Below are positions 1 to 7,985 of a stretch of 32,000 nucleotides of DNA, piece after piece (the stretch's first letter is position 1; each line of letters begins with the position of its first letter). The DNA comes from Geobacter metallireducens GS-15 (lineage in GTDB: Bacteria > Desulfobacterota > Desulfuromonadia > Geobacterales > Geobacteraceae), in assembly GCF_000012925.1 (NCBI RefSeq), contig NC_007517.1:2130001-2162000 (forward strand), given 5' to 3'. The notes under the pieces are model-generated. The model worked only from the letters and a program-made list of their open reading frames with translations, had not been told where the DNA came from and ran no database searches. A program made the position numbers and the translations under genes.

Positions 1-107
1 TGTACCCGCAGCATTGCAATAACTACTGTCAAGTGAAGCAGAAGCAGCTCAAAGGTCAAGTGGTGTTCTCCACTTATCCGGATCGCCTGCTCATCACTGC
101 GACGTAA
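1..107 (+). CDS. Possible 3' end of a CDS that starts left of the window, family unknown
   Basis: The frame is open from the window edge to TAA at 105-107. It translates as ...YPQHCNNYCQVKQKQLKGQVVFSTYPDRLLITAT*. It is too short to assign and I see no recognisable motif. Confidence 0.2.
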   Translation, partial: YPQHCNNYCQVKQKQLKGQVVFSTYPDRLLITAT

Positions 108-202
108 AGAGACGCCTGTTCCTTGTAATCGCCTGATGGAGCCCTATACTTGTTCTTGCTGGAGCGGCTGGTGAGCGGAACCCGTACTAATAGAGGAACG
201 CC

Positions 203-595
203 ATGATACCTGAGACGGTTCAAAAATTTGTAGAGGAGAGAGGCATTGCTTTCGTCGCATCAGCGACGCTTCAGGGAGTTCCCCATTTGGCTGCGGGGGA
301 AAACCTGAAGGTCGAGGGATCCGATCGTATCGTCTTTGAATCGTGGTGTTGTCCGGAGACCCTCCGCAACGTAAAAGGAAACCCTAAGGTCTCCGTATCG
401 GTAACGACCCCCGATGGCCGTAACGGCTACCAGTTTCTCGGCATAGTGGAAAAGGTCACCGATACGGCGATTCTTGACGGATTCGTGCCGGGGCTGGAGG
501 TACCGGGGATGCCGCAAGTTGCGTCTCGCCTCGAAGTCAGGGTTGGGGCAATCCTCACGTTCTCGGTGGGTGTGCATACCGACAAGCCAATGTAG
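203..595 (+). CDS. Small flavin-binding split-barrel protein (pyridoxamine 5'-phosphate oxidase-like family), 130 aa
   Basis: An ATG ORF with an AGAGGA-like RBS upstream. The N-terminus (FVEERGIAFVASATLQGVPHLAAGE...) resembles PNPOx-like FMN-binding proteins. The overlapping antisense ORF 260..577 has no recognisable features. Confidence 0.5.
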   Translation: MIPETVQKFVEERGIAFVASATLQGVPHLAAGENLKVEGSDRIVFESWCCPETLRNVKGNPKVSVSVTTPDGRNGYQFLGIVEKVTDTAILDGFVPGLEVPGMPQVASRLEVRVGAILTFSVGVHTDKPM

Positions 596-607
596 CCTGC
601 CGGATGC

Positions 608-2304
608 TCAATCGGTATCGACGAATTTCACCAGAGTCCCTTTCTTACTCCCGTACCTGAAAACGGTTATCCCTTTTACCCCCTTCTCATAGGCAAGAAG
701 GAAAGCTTTGGCCACATCTCCCCGTGTCGCCCTGGCGGGGAGATTGACCGTCTTGGAAACGGCATTGTCCGTGTACTCCTGGAAGGCAGCCTGCATCTCG
801 ATGTGATCTGCTGCGGGTATCTCCAGGGCGGTCTTGAAGAGCCTTCTGATATCGGCTGGAATGCCGGTTATACCGCGCAGATTACCCTGCTCCATAACCT
901 TCTGCATGAGTTCGTCTGAGAACAAACCCCGTTCCTTGGCGACGTTCAAGAAATACCCATTGATTTCCGTAAGCTCGGTACCCAGAACATTCCTCTTATA
1001 GGCAAGGGCAAAAAGCGGTTCGATGCCGCTGGAACAGTCCGCGATGGTCGCCAGGGTCCCCGTGGGTGCAATGGTTGTAGTGGTAGCATTGCGTACCCGC
1101 GGACGGTCGGGAGCATCATAGACCGACCCTGCAAAATTAGGGAAGACGCCCCGCTCTTCGGCAAGCTCTGCCGACGCCTTCCGCGAGGTGTCCCTGACGA
1201 ACTTCATCAGCGATCGGGCCAGGGCGAAGGATTGCGGATGATTGTACGGAAGCCCGAGCCGCAGGAGCAGGTCCGCCCACCCCATGACGCCGAGGCCGAT
1301 CTTGCGGTTTCCCTTGTGCATCAGCTCGATGGCCGGCAAGGGATAAATGTTGGCATCGATGGTATCGTCGAGGAACCGCACGGCAGTTTTGATATCTTCA
1401 GCCAGGGAGGGAAAATCTATTCCCGGATCCTTGAGGTATCGTGCCACGTTCAGGGAGCCGAGGACGCATGCCTCATAAGGCAGGAGTGGTTGCTCGCCGC
1501 AGGGGTTTGTGCTCTCGAATGAGCCGATATGAGGGGTAGGATTTGCGCGGTTGATCCGGTCGATGAATACCAGACCCGGGTCTCCCGTTCCCCACGCGCT
1601 TTCGACTATTTCATCGAAAACCTCGTCGGCCTTGAGGTGCCAACTATCTTGCCTGAACGTGGGTTGACGATCTGGTATTCCCCTTTTGCGTGGAGCGCCT
1701 CCATGAAGGCATCGGTAACCGCCACGGAAATGTTGAAGTTGGCCAGCTCCTGAACATTCCGTTTCACCCGGATGAACTCCAGGATGTCGGGGTGATCGAT
1801 GTGGAGTATCCCCATGTTCGCGCCCCGCCGCGCTCCTCCCTGCTTGATGATGTCGGTGGCCGTATTGAATATCTTCATGAAGGAAACCGGGCCGCTGGCA
1901 ATGCCGCCGGTTGAGCGGACAATATCAGCCCTGGGGCGAAGCCGGGAAAAGGAAAAGCCGGTGCCGCCACCGCTCTGGAGGATCAACGCAGCGTTCTTCA
2001 GGGTATCGAAGATGCTCTGCATGGAATCTTCCAAAGGAAGAACGAAGCAGGCGGCTAGCTGCCCCATCGGCTTGCCGGCGTTCATGAGTGCAGAGGAGTT
2101 GGGGAGGAATCTCAGGGACGAGAGAAGAGTGAAAAAACGCTCTTCCCACTGGGCGGTATCACCGTCATAGAGCTTTTCAGTGTTGGCGACGGTTCGGGCG
2201 ATCCGCTCGAACATCTCCTCTGGCGTTTCTATAATCTGCCCGTTTTCATCCTTCAGCAGGTAGCGGGCCTTCAAAACCTTTAGCGCATTTTCCGAGAGTT
2301 CCAT
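608..2304 (-). pseudogene. nrdJ: Adenosylcobalamin-dependent (class II) ribonucleotide reductase NrdJ, interrupted by an apparent 1-nt frameshift near 1634-1641
   Basis: The N-terminal ORF 1606..2304 (MELSENALKVLKARYLLKDENGQ..., AACFVLPLED) is NrdJ-like. The C-terminal part is in another frame. That frame is open from at least ~1708 down to 608 and reads HLKADEVFDEIVESAWGTGDPGLVFIDRINRANPTPHIGSFESTNPCGEQPLLPYEACVLGSLNVARYL... The two frames meet at GKIVG / (H)LKADEV in the minus-strand string GTTGGCACCTCAAGG. One extra base there would give a continuous product of about 565 aa. Confidence 0.75.
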
Positions 2305-2397
2305 GAAAGGAGTATACGGCGTTACGTGGGAAGCTCAACCTTGCCCTCTGTTCCAGTACAGTTCACGAAAGTTCAGGCACGCTTCCGCAAAATTCAA

Positions 2398-2430
2398 GAC
2401 CCCCGCCCGGGCAAGCCCGAACGGGGGTCT
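2398..2430 (-). terminator. Rho-independent terminator candidate downstream of acnB
   Basis: A 9-bp GC-rich stem, AGACCCCCG (2398-2406) pairing with CGGGGGTCT (2422-2430). On the minus strand it is followed by TTGAATTTTGCGG. Confidence 0.5.
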
Positions 2431-2483
2431 CATGTCATGCTTTCAGCATCTCTGCCTCAAGCATTCTGTATCATGCGTTGAGG

Positions 2484-5033
2484 TTACTTGTACTCAGGCA
2501 TCTCGTCGAACTGGAGATACTTGTAAACAACATCCTTCTTAGGTTCAACCTTCTCTTTGTATGCAGCCATAAACTCAGCAACAGTAGGCAGTTTGCCCAA
2601 GGTTGCAGTTACCGCGCCCAATTCGGCAGAACCGAGGAATACTTTAGCGCCATCACCGATCCGGTCGTCAAAGTTGCGGGTTGAAGTGGAGAACATATTG
2701 ACACCATCGGGAACGCGGGCTTGGTTACCCATGCAGAGGGAGCAACCGGCAATTTCGATCCGGGCCCCGAAGGCGCTGTATACCGAGAAGTAAGCTTCGT
2801 CCTTAAGCTGCTTCTGATCCATGCGGGTCGGCGGGCAGATCCAGGTGCGGACGCTCGGGTTGAACTTAAGACCGCGCCAGATCTCGGCGGCAGCACGGAA
2901 GTGACCGATGTTGGTCATGCAGGAGCCGAGGAAGACGTCCTGGATCGGAGTGCCGGCAACATCGGAGAGGAGCTTCACGTCGTCCGGGTCATTGGGGCAG
3001 GCCAGGATCGGCTCAGTGATCTCGGCCAGGTCGATCTCGATGACGTCGGCGTAGGCGCCGGTCTCGACGGCGTTCTTGTCGGCTTCGAGGAGCTGCGGGT
3101 TCTTCAGCCACTCATTGACGGCGTCGATGCGATTCTGGAGGGTCTGGGCATCCTGGTAGCCGTCAGCAATCATCTTTTTCATGAGGGCTACGTTGGAGCG
3201 GAGGTAGGTGGCCACGCTCTCCTTGGAGAGCTGGATGCAGCCTGCGGCGGCGGAGCGCTCGGCAGCAGCGTCGGTCAGCTCGAAGGCCTGTTCCACGGTC
3301 AGGTCGGGAAGCCCTTCCATCTCGAGGATGCGGCCGTTGAAGATGTTGATCTTGTTCTTCTTGGGAACGGTCAGTTTGCCCTGCTTGATGGCCCAGTAGG
3401 GGATGGCGTTGACCGCGTCGCGAAGGGTGATGCCGGGGTTGAGCTTACCCTTGAAGCGAACCAGGACCGACTCGGGCATATCAAGCGGCATGAAGCCCAT
3501 GGCACCGGCGAAGGCAACCAGTCCGGAACCGGCCGGGAAGCTGATGCCGATGGGGAAGCGGGTGTGGGAGTCGCCGCCGGTACCGACGGTATCCGGGAGG
3601 AGCAGACGATTCAGCCAGGAGTGGATAACGCCGTCACCCGGCTTGAGGGGTACGCCGCCCCGCTCGATGATGAAGCCGGGGAGGTTTTTGTGCATTTTCA
3701 CATCGGCCGGCTTCGGATAAGCGGCGGTGTGGCAGAAGGACTGCATGAACATCGGCGACAGGAACTTGAGGCAGGCCAGTTCCTTGAGTTCGTCGGCGGT
3801 CATGGGGCCGGTGGTGTCCTGGGAACCGACAGTGGTCATCTTCGGCTCGCAGGCGGTGCCAGGGAGGATACCGGCCACGCCGCAGGCCTTGCCGACCATC
3901 TTTTGGGCAAGGGAGTAGCCCTGGCCGGCTTTGGGCGCGGGGTTCACCGGCTTGGTGAAGACATCGGTATCGCCGAGGCCGAGGGCCTTGCGGGCCTTCT
4001 CGGTGATAGCGCGGCCGATGATGAGCGGAATCCGGCCACCGGCGCGGAACTCGTCGGCCAGGGTGTTGGGGCTGATTTTGAAGGTGGAGATGACCTCGCC
4101 CTTATCGTTGGAGATCTCGCCTTTGGCGGTGTTGATGGTGATGACGTCGCCGTCGTTCATCTTGGTGACATCAGCCTTGAGGGGGAGCGCACCGGAATCC
4201 TGGGCGGTATTGAAGAAGATCGGGGCGATGACGCCGCCGATGATGACACCGGCAGTCTTCTTGTTGGGAACGGCGGGGATGTCCTGCCCCATGTGCCAGA
4301 GCACGCTGTTGCAGGCGGACTTGCGGGAAGAACCGGTACCGACCACGTCACCCACGAAGGCCACTTGGTGACCGGCGGCGCGCCAGTCAGCAATGTCTTT
4401 GAGGCGGTTCGGGAAGCGGGTCTTGCCCATGGCCAGGGCGTGAAGGGGGATATCGGGACGGCTCCAGGCGTCGCCGGCCGGGGAGAAGTCGTCGGTGTTG
4501 ATCTCGCCTTCAACCTTGAAAACCTTGACCTTGATGGTCTCGGGAACGCCGGGGCGGTTGGTGAACCACTCGGCATTGGCCCAAGACTCCAGTACCTTCT
4601 TGGCGGCGGCATTGCTCTTGCTGAGTTCTACAACCTGATCGAAGCCATCATAGACCAGAGTCATGCGGGAAAGGGCACAGGCGGCTTCTTCGGCCAGTTC
4701 TGCATCCTTGAGGGCCTCAACCAGGGGACCCACGTTGTAGCCGCCGATCATGGTGCCGAGGATGCGGATGGCATCCACCTTGGAAACCAGCGGTGACTTC
4801 TTGGTACCCTTGACGATTTCGGCCAGGAAAGCAGCCTTGACCTTGGCGGCAGGATCGACGCCGGGGGAGACGCGCTCTTTCAACAGATTGAGAAGGAATT
4901 CCTCCTTACCTGCAGGGGGATTTTGCAGCAGGTTGCACAGGTCGGCAGTCTGCTCCGGGTTGAGGGGCAGCGCCGGAATACCCTGCGCCTTCCGTTCGGC
5001 TTCGTGGGCGAGATAGGCTTCGATCATATCCAT
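2484..5033 (-). CDS. acnB: Aconitate hydratase B / 2-methylisocitrate dehydratase (AcnB type)
   Basis: A long ORF whose N-terminus ([31 protein letters not shown]...) and overall ~850 aa architecture are typical of AcnB. The ORF-track start at 5141 is probably too far upstream. AGGAGG lies at 5040-5035, and ATG codons at 5033 and 5027 follow it. The 5027 ATG has the better 7-nt spacing. Confidence 0.9.
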   Translation of the reverse strand: MDMIEAYLAHEAERKAQGIPALPLNPEQTADLCNLLQNPPAGKEEFLLNLLKERVSPGVDPAAKVKAAFLAEIVKGTKKSPLVSKVDAIRILGTMIGGYNVGPLVEALKDAELAEEAACALSRMTLVYDGFDQVVELSKSNAAAKKVLESWANAEWFTNRPGVPETIKVKVFKVEGEINTDDFSPAGDAWSRPDIPLHALAMGKTRFPNRLKDIADWRAAGHQVAFVGDVVGTGSSRKSACNSVLWHMGQDIPAVPNKKTAGVIIGGVIAPIFFNTAQDSGALPLKADVTKMNDGDVITINTAKGEISNDKGEVISTFKISPNTLADEFRAGGRIPLIIGRAITEKARKALGLGDTDVFTKPVNPAPKAGQGYSLAQKMVGKACGVAGILPGTACEPKMTTVGSQDTTGPMTADELKELACLKFLSPMFMQSFCHTAAYPKPADVKMHKNLPGFIIERGGVPLKPGDGVIHSWLNRLLLPDTVGTGGDSHTRFPIGISFPAGSGLVAFAGAMGFMPLDMPESVLVRFKGKLNPGITLRDAVNAIPYWAIKQGKLTVPKKNKINIFNGRILEMEGLPDLTVEQAFELTDAAAERSAAAGCIQLSKESVATYLRSNVALMKKMIADGYQDAQTLQNRIDAVNEWLKNPQLLEADKNAVETGAYADVIEIDLAEITEPILACPNDPDDVKLLSDVAGTPIQDVFLGSCMTNIGHFRAAAEIWRGLKFNPSVRTWICPPTRMDQKQLKDEAYFSVYSAFGARIEIAGCSLCMGNQARVPDGVNMFSTSTRNFDDRIGDGAKVFLGSAELGAVTATLGKLPTVAEFMAAYKEKVEPKKDVVYKYLQFDEMPEYK

Positions 5034-5112
5034 TCCTCCTGTGATTTTACTTCTTGAATCAATCGTTATTTCGAGACGTTGAAATGATTGTGCGGCGGGA
5101 GAAAATGGATAC

Positions 5113-5141
5113 TGTATACAATTTTTGCGGGGAATTGTCAA
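5113..5141 (-). promoter_or_regulatory. Sigma70-type promoter candidate for acnB
   Basis: On the minus strand: TTGACA (5141-5136), a 17-nt spacer, then TATACA (5118-5113) preceded directly by TG. It lies about 80 nt upstream of the acnB start. Confidence 0.45.
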
Positions 5142-5187
5142 TTGCTTAAGTGGGGCTTATGAGAAGGGGAAGAGGGGGCACAAAACA

Positions 5188-5233
5188 GCGCAGAAGGGGG
5201 AAGGAAAGTTCACCCTCACCTCCCCCCCTGCGC
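5188..5233 (-). terminator. Hairpin terminator candidate downstream of hisS
   Basis: GCGCAG (5188-5193) pairs with CTGCGC (5228-5233). These flank an imperfect G-rich/C-rich extended stem. On the minus strand TGTTTTGTG follows. It starts 4 nt after the hisS stop. Confidence 0.45.
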
Positions 5234-5236
5234 TCG

Positions 5237-6478
5237 TTATTTTACCTGACCTGCAATGGCGGTCGGGTCCAGGAGGACATCGGACTGGGTGCCGGTGTCC
5301 ATGGCTTTGAGTGTTGCTCTACCACTGGCCATCTCATCGCTTCCAATTATGAGGGTGAAGCGGGAGTTGAATTTATCGGAGCGGCGCATCTGGCTTTTGA
5401 GGCTCTTCCCCTCGTAGTCCATCTCCACTGAAACGCCAAGACGCTGGAGGCCGCACATGAGCCGAAAAGCTTCATCCTGGGCTTCAGTTCCAAGGGCGGC
5501 GATAAAGAGGTCGGGGCGCCGCGCGAACTCCTGCTGACCCAGCAGCAGAGCCACCCGTTCGACACCCATGGCAAAGCCGATGCCGGGAACGGCGGGACCG
5601 TCCAGATCGGCAATGAGCCCGTCGTAACGACCGCCGGCCGCCACGGCGCTCTGGGCGCCGAGGAGCCCCGTGACCAGCTCGAAAGTGGTACGGGTGTAAT
5701 AGTCGAGGCCGCGCACCATCCTGTTATTGATGCTGTAGGGGGTGCCCGCCCGCTCCAGGTGGCGGCGCGTGGCGGCAAAGTGGTCGTCGCAGCCGGCGCA
5801 GAGGTGGTCGAGCATGGCCGGAGCGTCGGCTGTCGCCTCCTTGCAGTGTGCAGACTTGCAGTCAAGCGCCCTGAGGGGGTTGGTTTCGTAGCGTCTCTTG
5901 CAGTCATCGCAGAGTCGGTCGAGCCGCTCACGAAGAAAGCTCTTCAGCGCCTCCCGATAGACGGGACGGCACTCGGGGCAGCCGAGGGAGTTTATCTGGA
6001 GGGTCGGCTCCGTAAGACCGAGTTCCGCAAAGAAATGGCAGAGCATGGTGAGAACCTGAGCGTCCACCTTGGGGTCGGTGACGCCGGTAACCTCGGCGCC
6101 GATCTGGTGGAATTGCCGATAGCGCCCCTTTTGAGGGCGTTCGTACCGAAACATCGGTCCCATGTAGTAGAGTTTTGCCACCGGATCCTGGGCGTAAAGC
6201 TTATGCTCAATATATGCGCGCATCACGCTCGCGGTCCCCTCGGGGCGCATGGTTACGGCATTTTCTCCCTTGTCCACAAAGGAGTACATCTCCTTCTCCA
6301 CGATGTCGGTGGTGTCGCCGATGGAGCGGCAAAAAAGTTCGGTTTTTTCAAGAATCGGAACACGAATCTCGGCATAGCCATAAAGACCGAAAACGCGGCG
6401 AGCGGTCGCCTCGATGTGCTGCCACCGCTCCACCTCGCCGGGAAGAATATCGTTAAAACCCTTGATGCCAGTGATCAT
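5237..6478 (-). CDS. hisS: Histidine--tRNA ligase (class IIa), 413 aa
   Basis: N-terminus MITGIKGFNDILPGEVERWQHIE...YGYAEIRVPILEKTELF plus motif 2/3-like segments (FRYERPQKGRYRQFHQ, GGRYDGL). AAGGAG lies upstream of the ATG. Confidence 0.93.
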   Translation of the reverse strand: MITGIKGFNDILPGEVERWQHIEATARRVFGLYGYAEIRVPILEKTELFCRSIGDTTDIVEKEMYSFVDKGENAVTMRPEGTASVMRAYIEHKLYAQDPVAKLYYMGPMFRYERPQKGRYRQFHQIGAEVTGVTDPKVDAQVLTMLCHFFAELGLTEPTLQINSLGCPECRPVYREALKSFLRERLDRLCDDCKRRYETNPLRALDCKSAHCKEATADAPAMLDHLCAGCDDHFAATRRHLERAGTPYSINNRMVRGLDYYTRTTFELVTGLLGAQSAVAAGGRYDGLIADLDGPAVPGIGFAMGVERVALLLGQQEFARRPDLFIAALGTEAQDEAFRLMCGLQRLGVSVEMDYEGKSLKSQMRRSDKFNSRFTLIIGSDEMASGRATLKAMDTGTQSDVLLDPTAIAGQVK

Positions 6479-6520
6479 GTACTTACCTACTCCTTAAACT
6501 TTAAATAACTAGCTAAATTA

Positions 6521-7900
6521 TCAACGAATTGCAGTTGCCCTGAACACACAGTTTTTACCCTGCTCCTTCCCCTGGTACATGGCCTTGTCGGCCAGTTCGA
6601 GGAGTTCGAGCTTGGACTGGGTGTCGGCAGGATAACAGGCGTAGCCGAGGCTTGCAGTGAGCCGAATGTTGAATCCTTCGGCAGCCAGGAATGTGTGCCC
6701 CTCGATGGAACGGCGGATCCGCTCGGCCACGGTGGCGGCCCCCTTCTCCCCCGTCTCCACGAGCATGACAGTAAATTCGTCGCCACCGTACCGGATTACG
6801 ATATCCACTTCGCGTACGGATTTCTTGAGGAGCATCCCCATTTCGTTAAGGACTTGACTCCCCACCAGGTGGCCGTGGGTGTCGTTTACCCCCTTGAAGA
6901 AATCCAGATCAATGAAGATCATGGATACCGTAGAGCCGAAGCGGTCTGCCCGCTTGATCTCCCGATCGAGAGAGATATCCAGGTAGCGGTAGTTGAAGAG
7001 CCCGGTCAGTTCATCGATATAGAGCATGTCCCTGGCATTCGAGTAGCGGGAGGCGTTCTCAAAGGCGAGGGTTGACTGCTCAAGAAGAAACTGAATGCTC
7101 TTCTGCTTGTAGTCGAACGGAAGTTTCTGCCCGGGGTTATTGAAAATGACTACTACCCCCTGAACCTCTCCCTTGGAACGTATGACAAGAAGAAGCCCTT
7201 CCGAGAGCTCTAATCCGTCGAATTCCGCTCCCGACACAAGGGGGGTTGCATTAATCTTGTTAATAACCGAGCCATCATTGGTCTCGATACAGAAATTTTT
7301 CCGAAATGCCTCAGCAAGTTTCTGAGCTGCCTCCTCGCTGAACCCCTTGAATTCCTTAAGGGCAAGATTATCGTCCTTATGATGGAACAGGCCAATGGCC
7401 CTGTCAGCACCGATCTCATTTGTCAGGGCGTCAAGGACTACCGCTGAAAGGCGTTCCATGTCGATGCAGTTGGCGATGTTCTGGCCGATCTGGAAGAGGT
7501 TCAGAAGCTCTTTCAGTTCGTAGTTCTCGTTGATGAGCCGACGCTGCTCGAAGCAGAGAGCAACGGTATGTTTGAACTCTTCATGATTGAAGGGTTTGAG
7601 AAGGTAATCACGGGCGCCGCTTTTGAGGGCCAACACGGCAGATTCGACATTTGCGTGCCCGGTCACGAGGATTACATCCACCGTGGGCATCTGCTGCTTT
7701 ACCCTTGTCAGGAGTTCAATACCACTCATGCCGGGAATGACCAACTCGGTGATGACAAGCTGATAATCGTTGGCGGAAAGAAGCTCCAGCGCCCGGGCAC
7801 CGGAGGTCACCGTATCTACCTCGTATCCGTCTTCCTTGAGGAGATCCACATACATCTGCCGAAAGAAGCGATCATCTTCGACGACGAGGATTTTATCCAT
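6521..7900 (-). CDS. gacA: Receiver-modulated GGDEF nucleotidyl cyclase with the Hypr (cGAMP-synthase-type) specificity residue, GacA-like, 459 aa
   Basis: N-terminal CheY-like receiver (MDKILVVEDD..., T80, K102). An uncharacterised middle region of about 170 aa follows. The C-terminal GGDEF domain contains FKGVNDTHGHLVGSQVL and RYGGDEF. The residue after GHxxG is Ser (S348, codon 6859-6857) rather than the canonical Asp. An RxxD I-site (REVD) lies 5 residues before GGDEF. The acnB-hisS context fits my recollection of the G. sulfurreducens GacA locus. Confidence 0.8.
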   Translation of the reverse strand: MDKILVVEDDRFFRQMYVDLLKEDGYEVDTVTSGARALELLSANDYQLVITELVIPGMSGIELLTRVKQQMPTVDVILVTGHANVESAVLALKSGARDYLLKPFNHEEFKHTVALCFEQRRLINENYELKELLNLFQIGQNIANCIDMERLSAVVLDALTNEIGADRAIGLFHHKDDNLALKEFKGFSEEAAQKLAEAFRKNFCIETNDGSVINKINATPLVSGAEFDGLELSEGLLLVIRSKGEVQGVVVIFNNPGQKLPFDYKQKSIQFLLEQSTLAFENASRYSNARDMLYIDELTGLFNYRYLDISLDREIKRADRFGSTVSMIFIDLDFFKGVNDTHGHLVGSQVLNEMGMLLKKSVREVDIVIRYGGDEFTVMLVETGEKGAATVAERIRRSIEGHTFLAAEGFNIRLTASLGYACYPADTQSKLELLELADKAMYQGKEQGKNCVFRATAIR

Positions 7901-7956
7901 GGAGGGTAGCTCCTGAGGGTGCGAATTTGTGCAGTGTCCGCGCTTTAACCCTTAAA

Positions 7957-7985
7957 ACTATCAGATAAAACGGGATGCTTGTCAA
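7957..7985 (-). promoter_or_regulatory. Sigma70-type promoter candidate for the GacA-like gene
   Basis: On the minus strand: TTGACA (7985-7980, overlapping the comEC stop codon), a 17-nt spacer, then GATAGT (7962-7957). It lies about 55 nt upstream of the ATG at 7900. Confidence 0.35.

Noticed and set aside
608-700. The NrdJ product ends (...GTLVKFVDTD) without the C-terminal Cys pair found in some class II RNR tails. I considered a truncated or split (NrdJa/NrdJb-like) enzyme.
   Set aside because: I cannot judge this without alignments. No nrdJb-like ORF follows on the minus strand, and short NrdJ forms exist. I leave it as a note only.
2305-2397. The region upstream of nrdJ, examined for a cobalamin riboswitch or tandem NrdR boxes.
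   Set aside because: No B12-box-like sequence and no pair of AT-rich 16-bp NrdR-type palindromes is visible. A B12 riboswitch would also be unexpected in front of a B12-dependent RNR.
2721-4796. A 691-aa ORF on the plus strand antisense to acnB. Comparable long antisense or out-of-frame ORFs are 28488..30863, 13641..14924, 10351..11541, 5759..6508, 15185..16243, 16744..17643, 21549..22466, 24136..24975 and 24627..25334.
   Set aside because: Their translations are low-complexity and Gly/Ala/Arg/Pro-rich, with no recognisable motifs. The opposite-strand or other-frame genes carry unmistakable family signatures. Long spurious ORFs of this kind are expected opposite real genes in roughly 60% GC DNA.
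6521-7900. The GacA-like gene looks somewhat lower in GC than its neighbours, raising the possibility of horizontal acquisition.
   Set aside because: This is an impression by eye only. There are no flanking repeats, tRNA, integrase or other mobility signatures, and it would need a computed GC and codon-usage profile.
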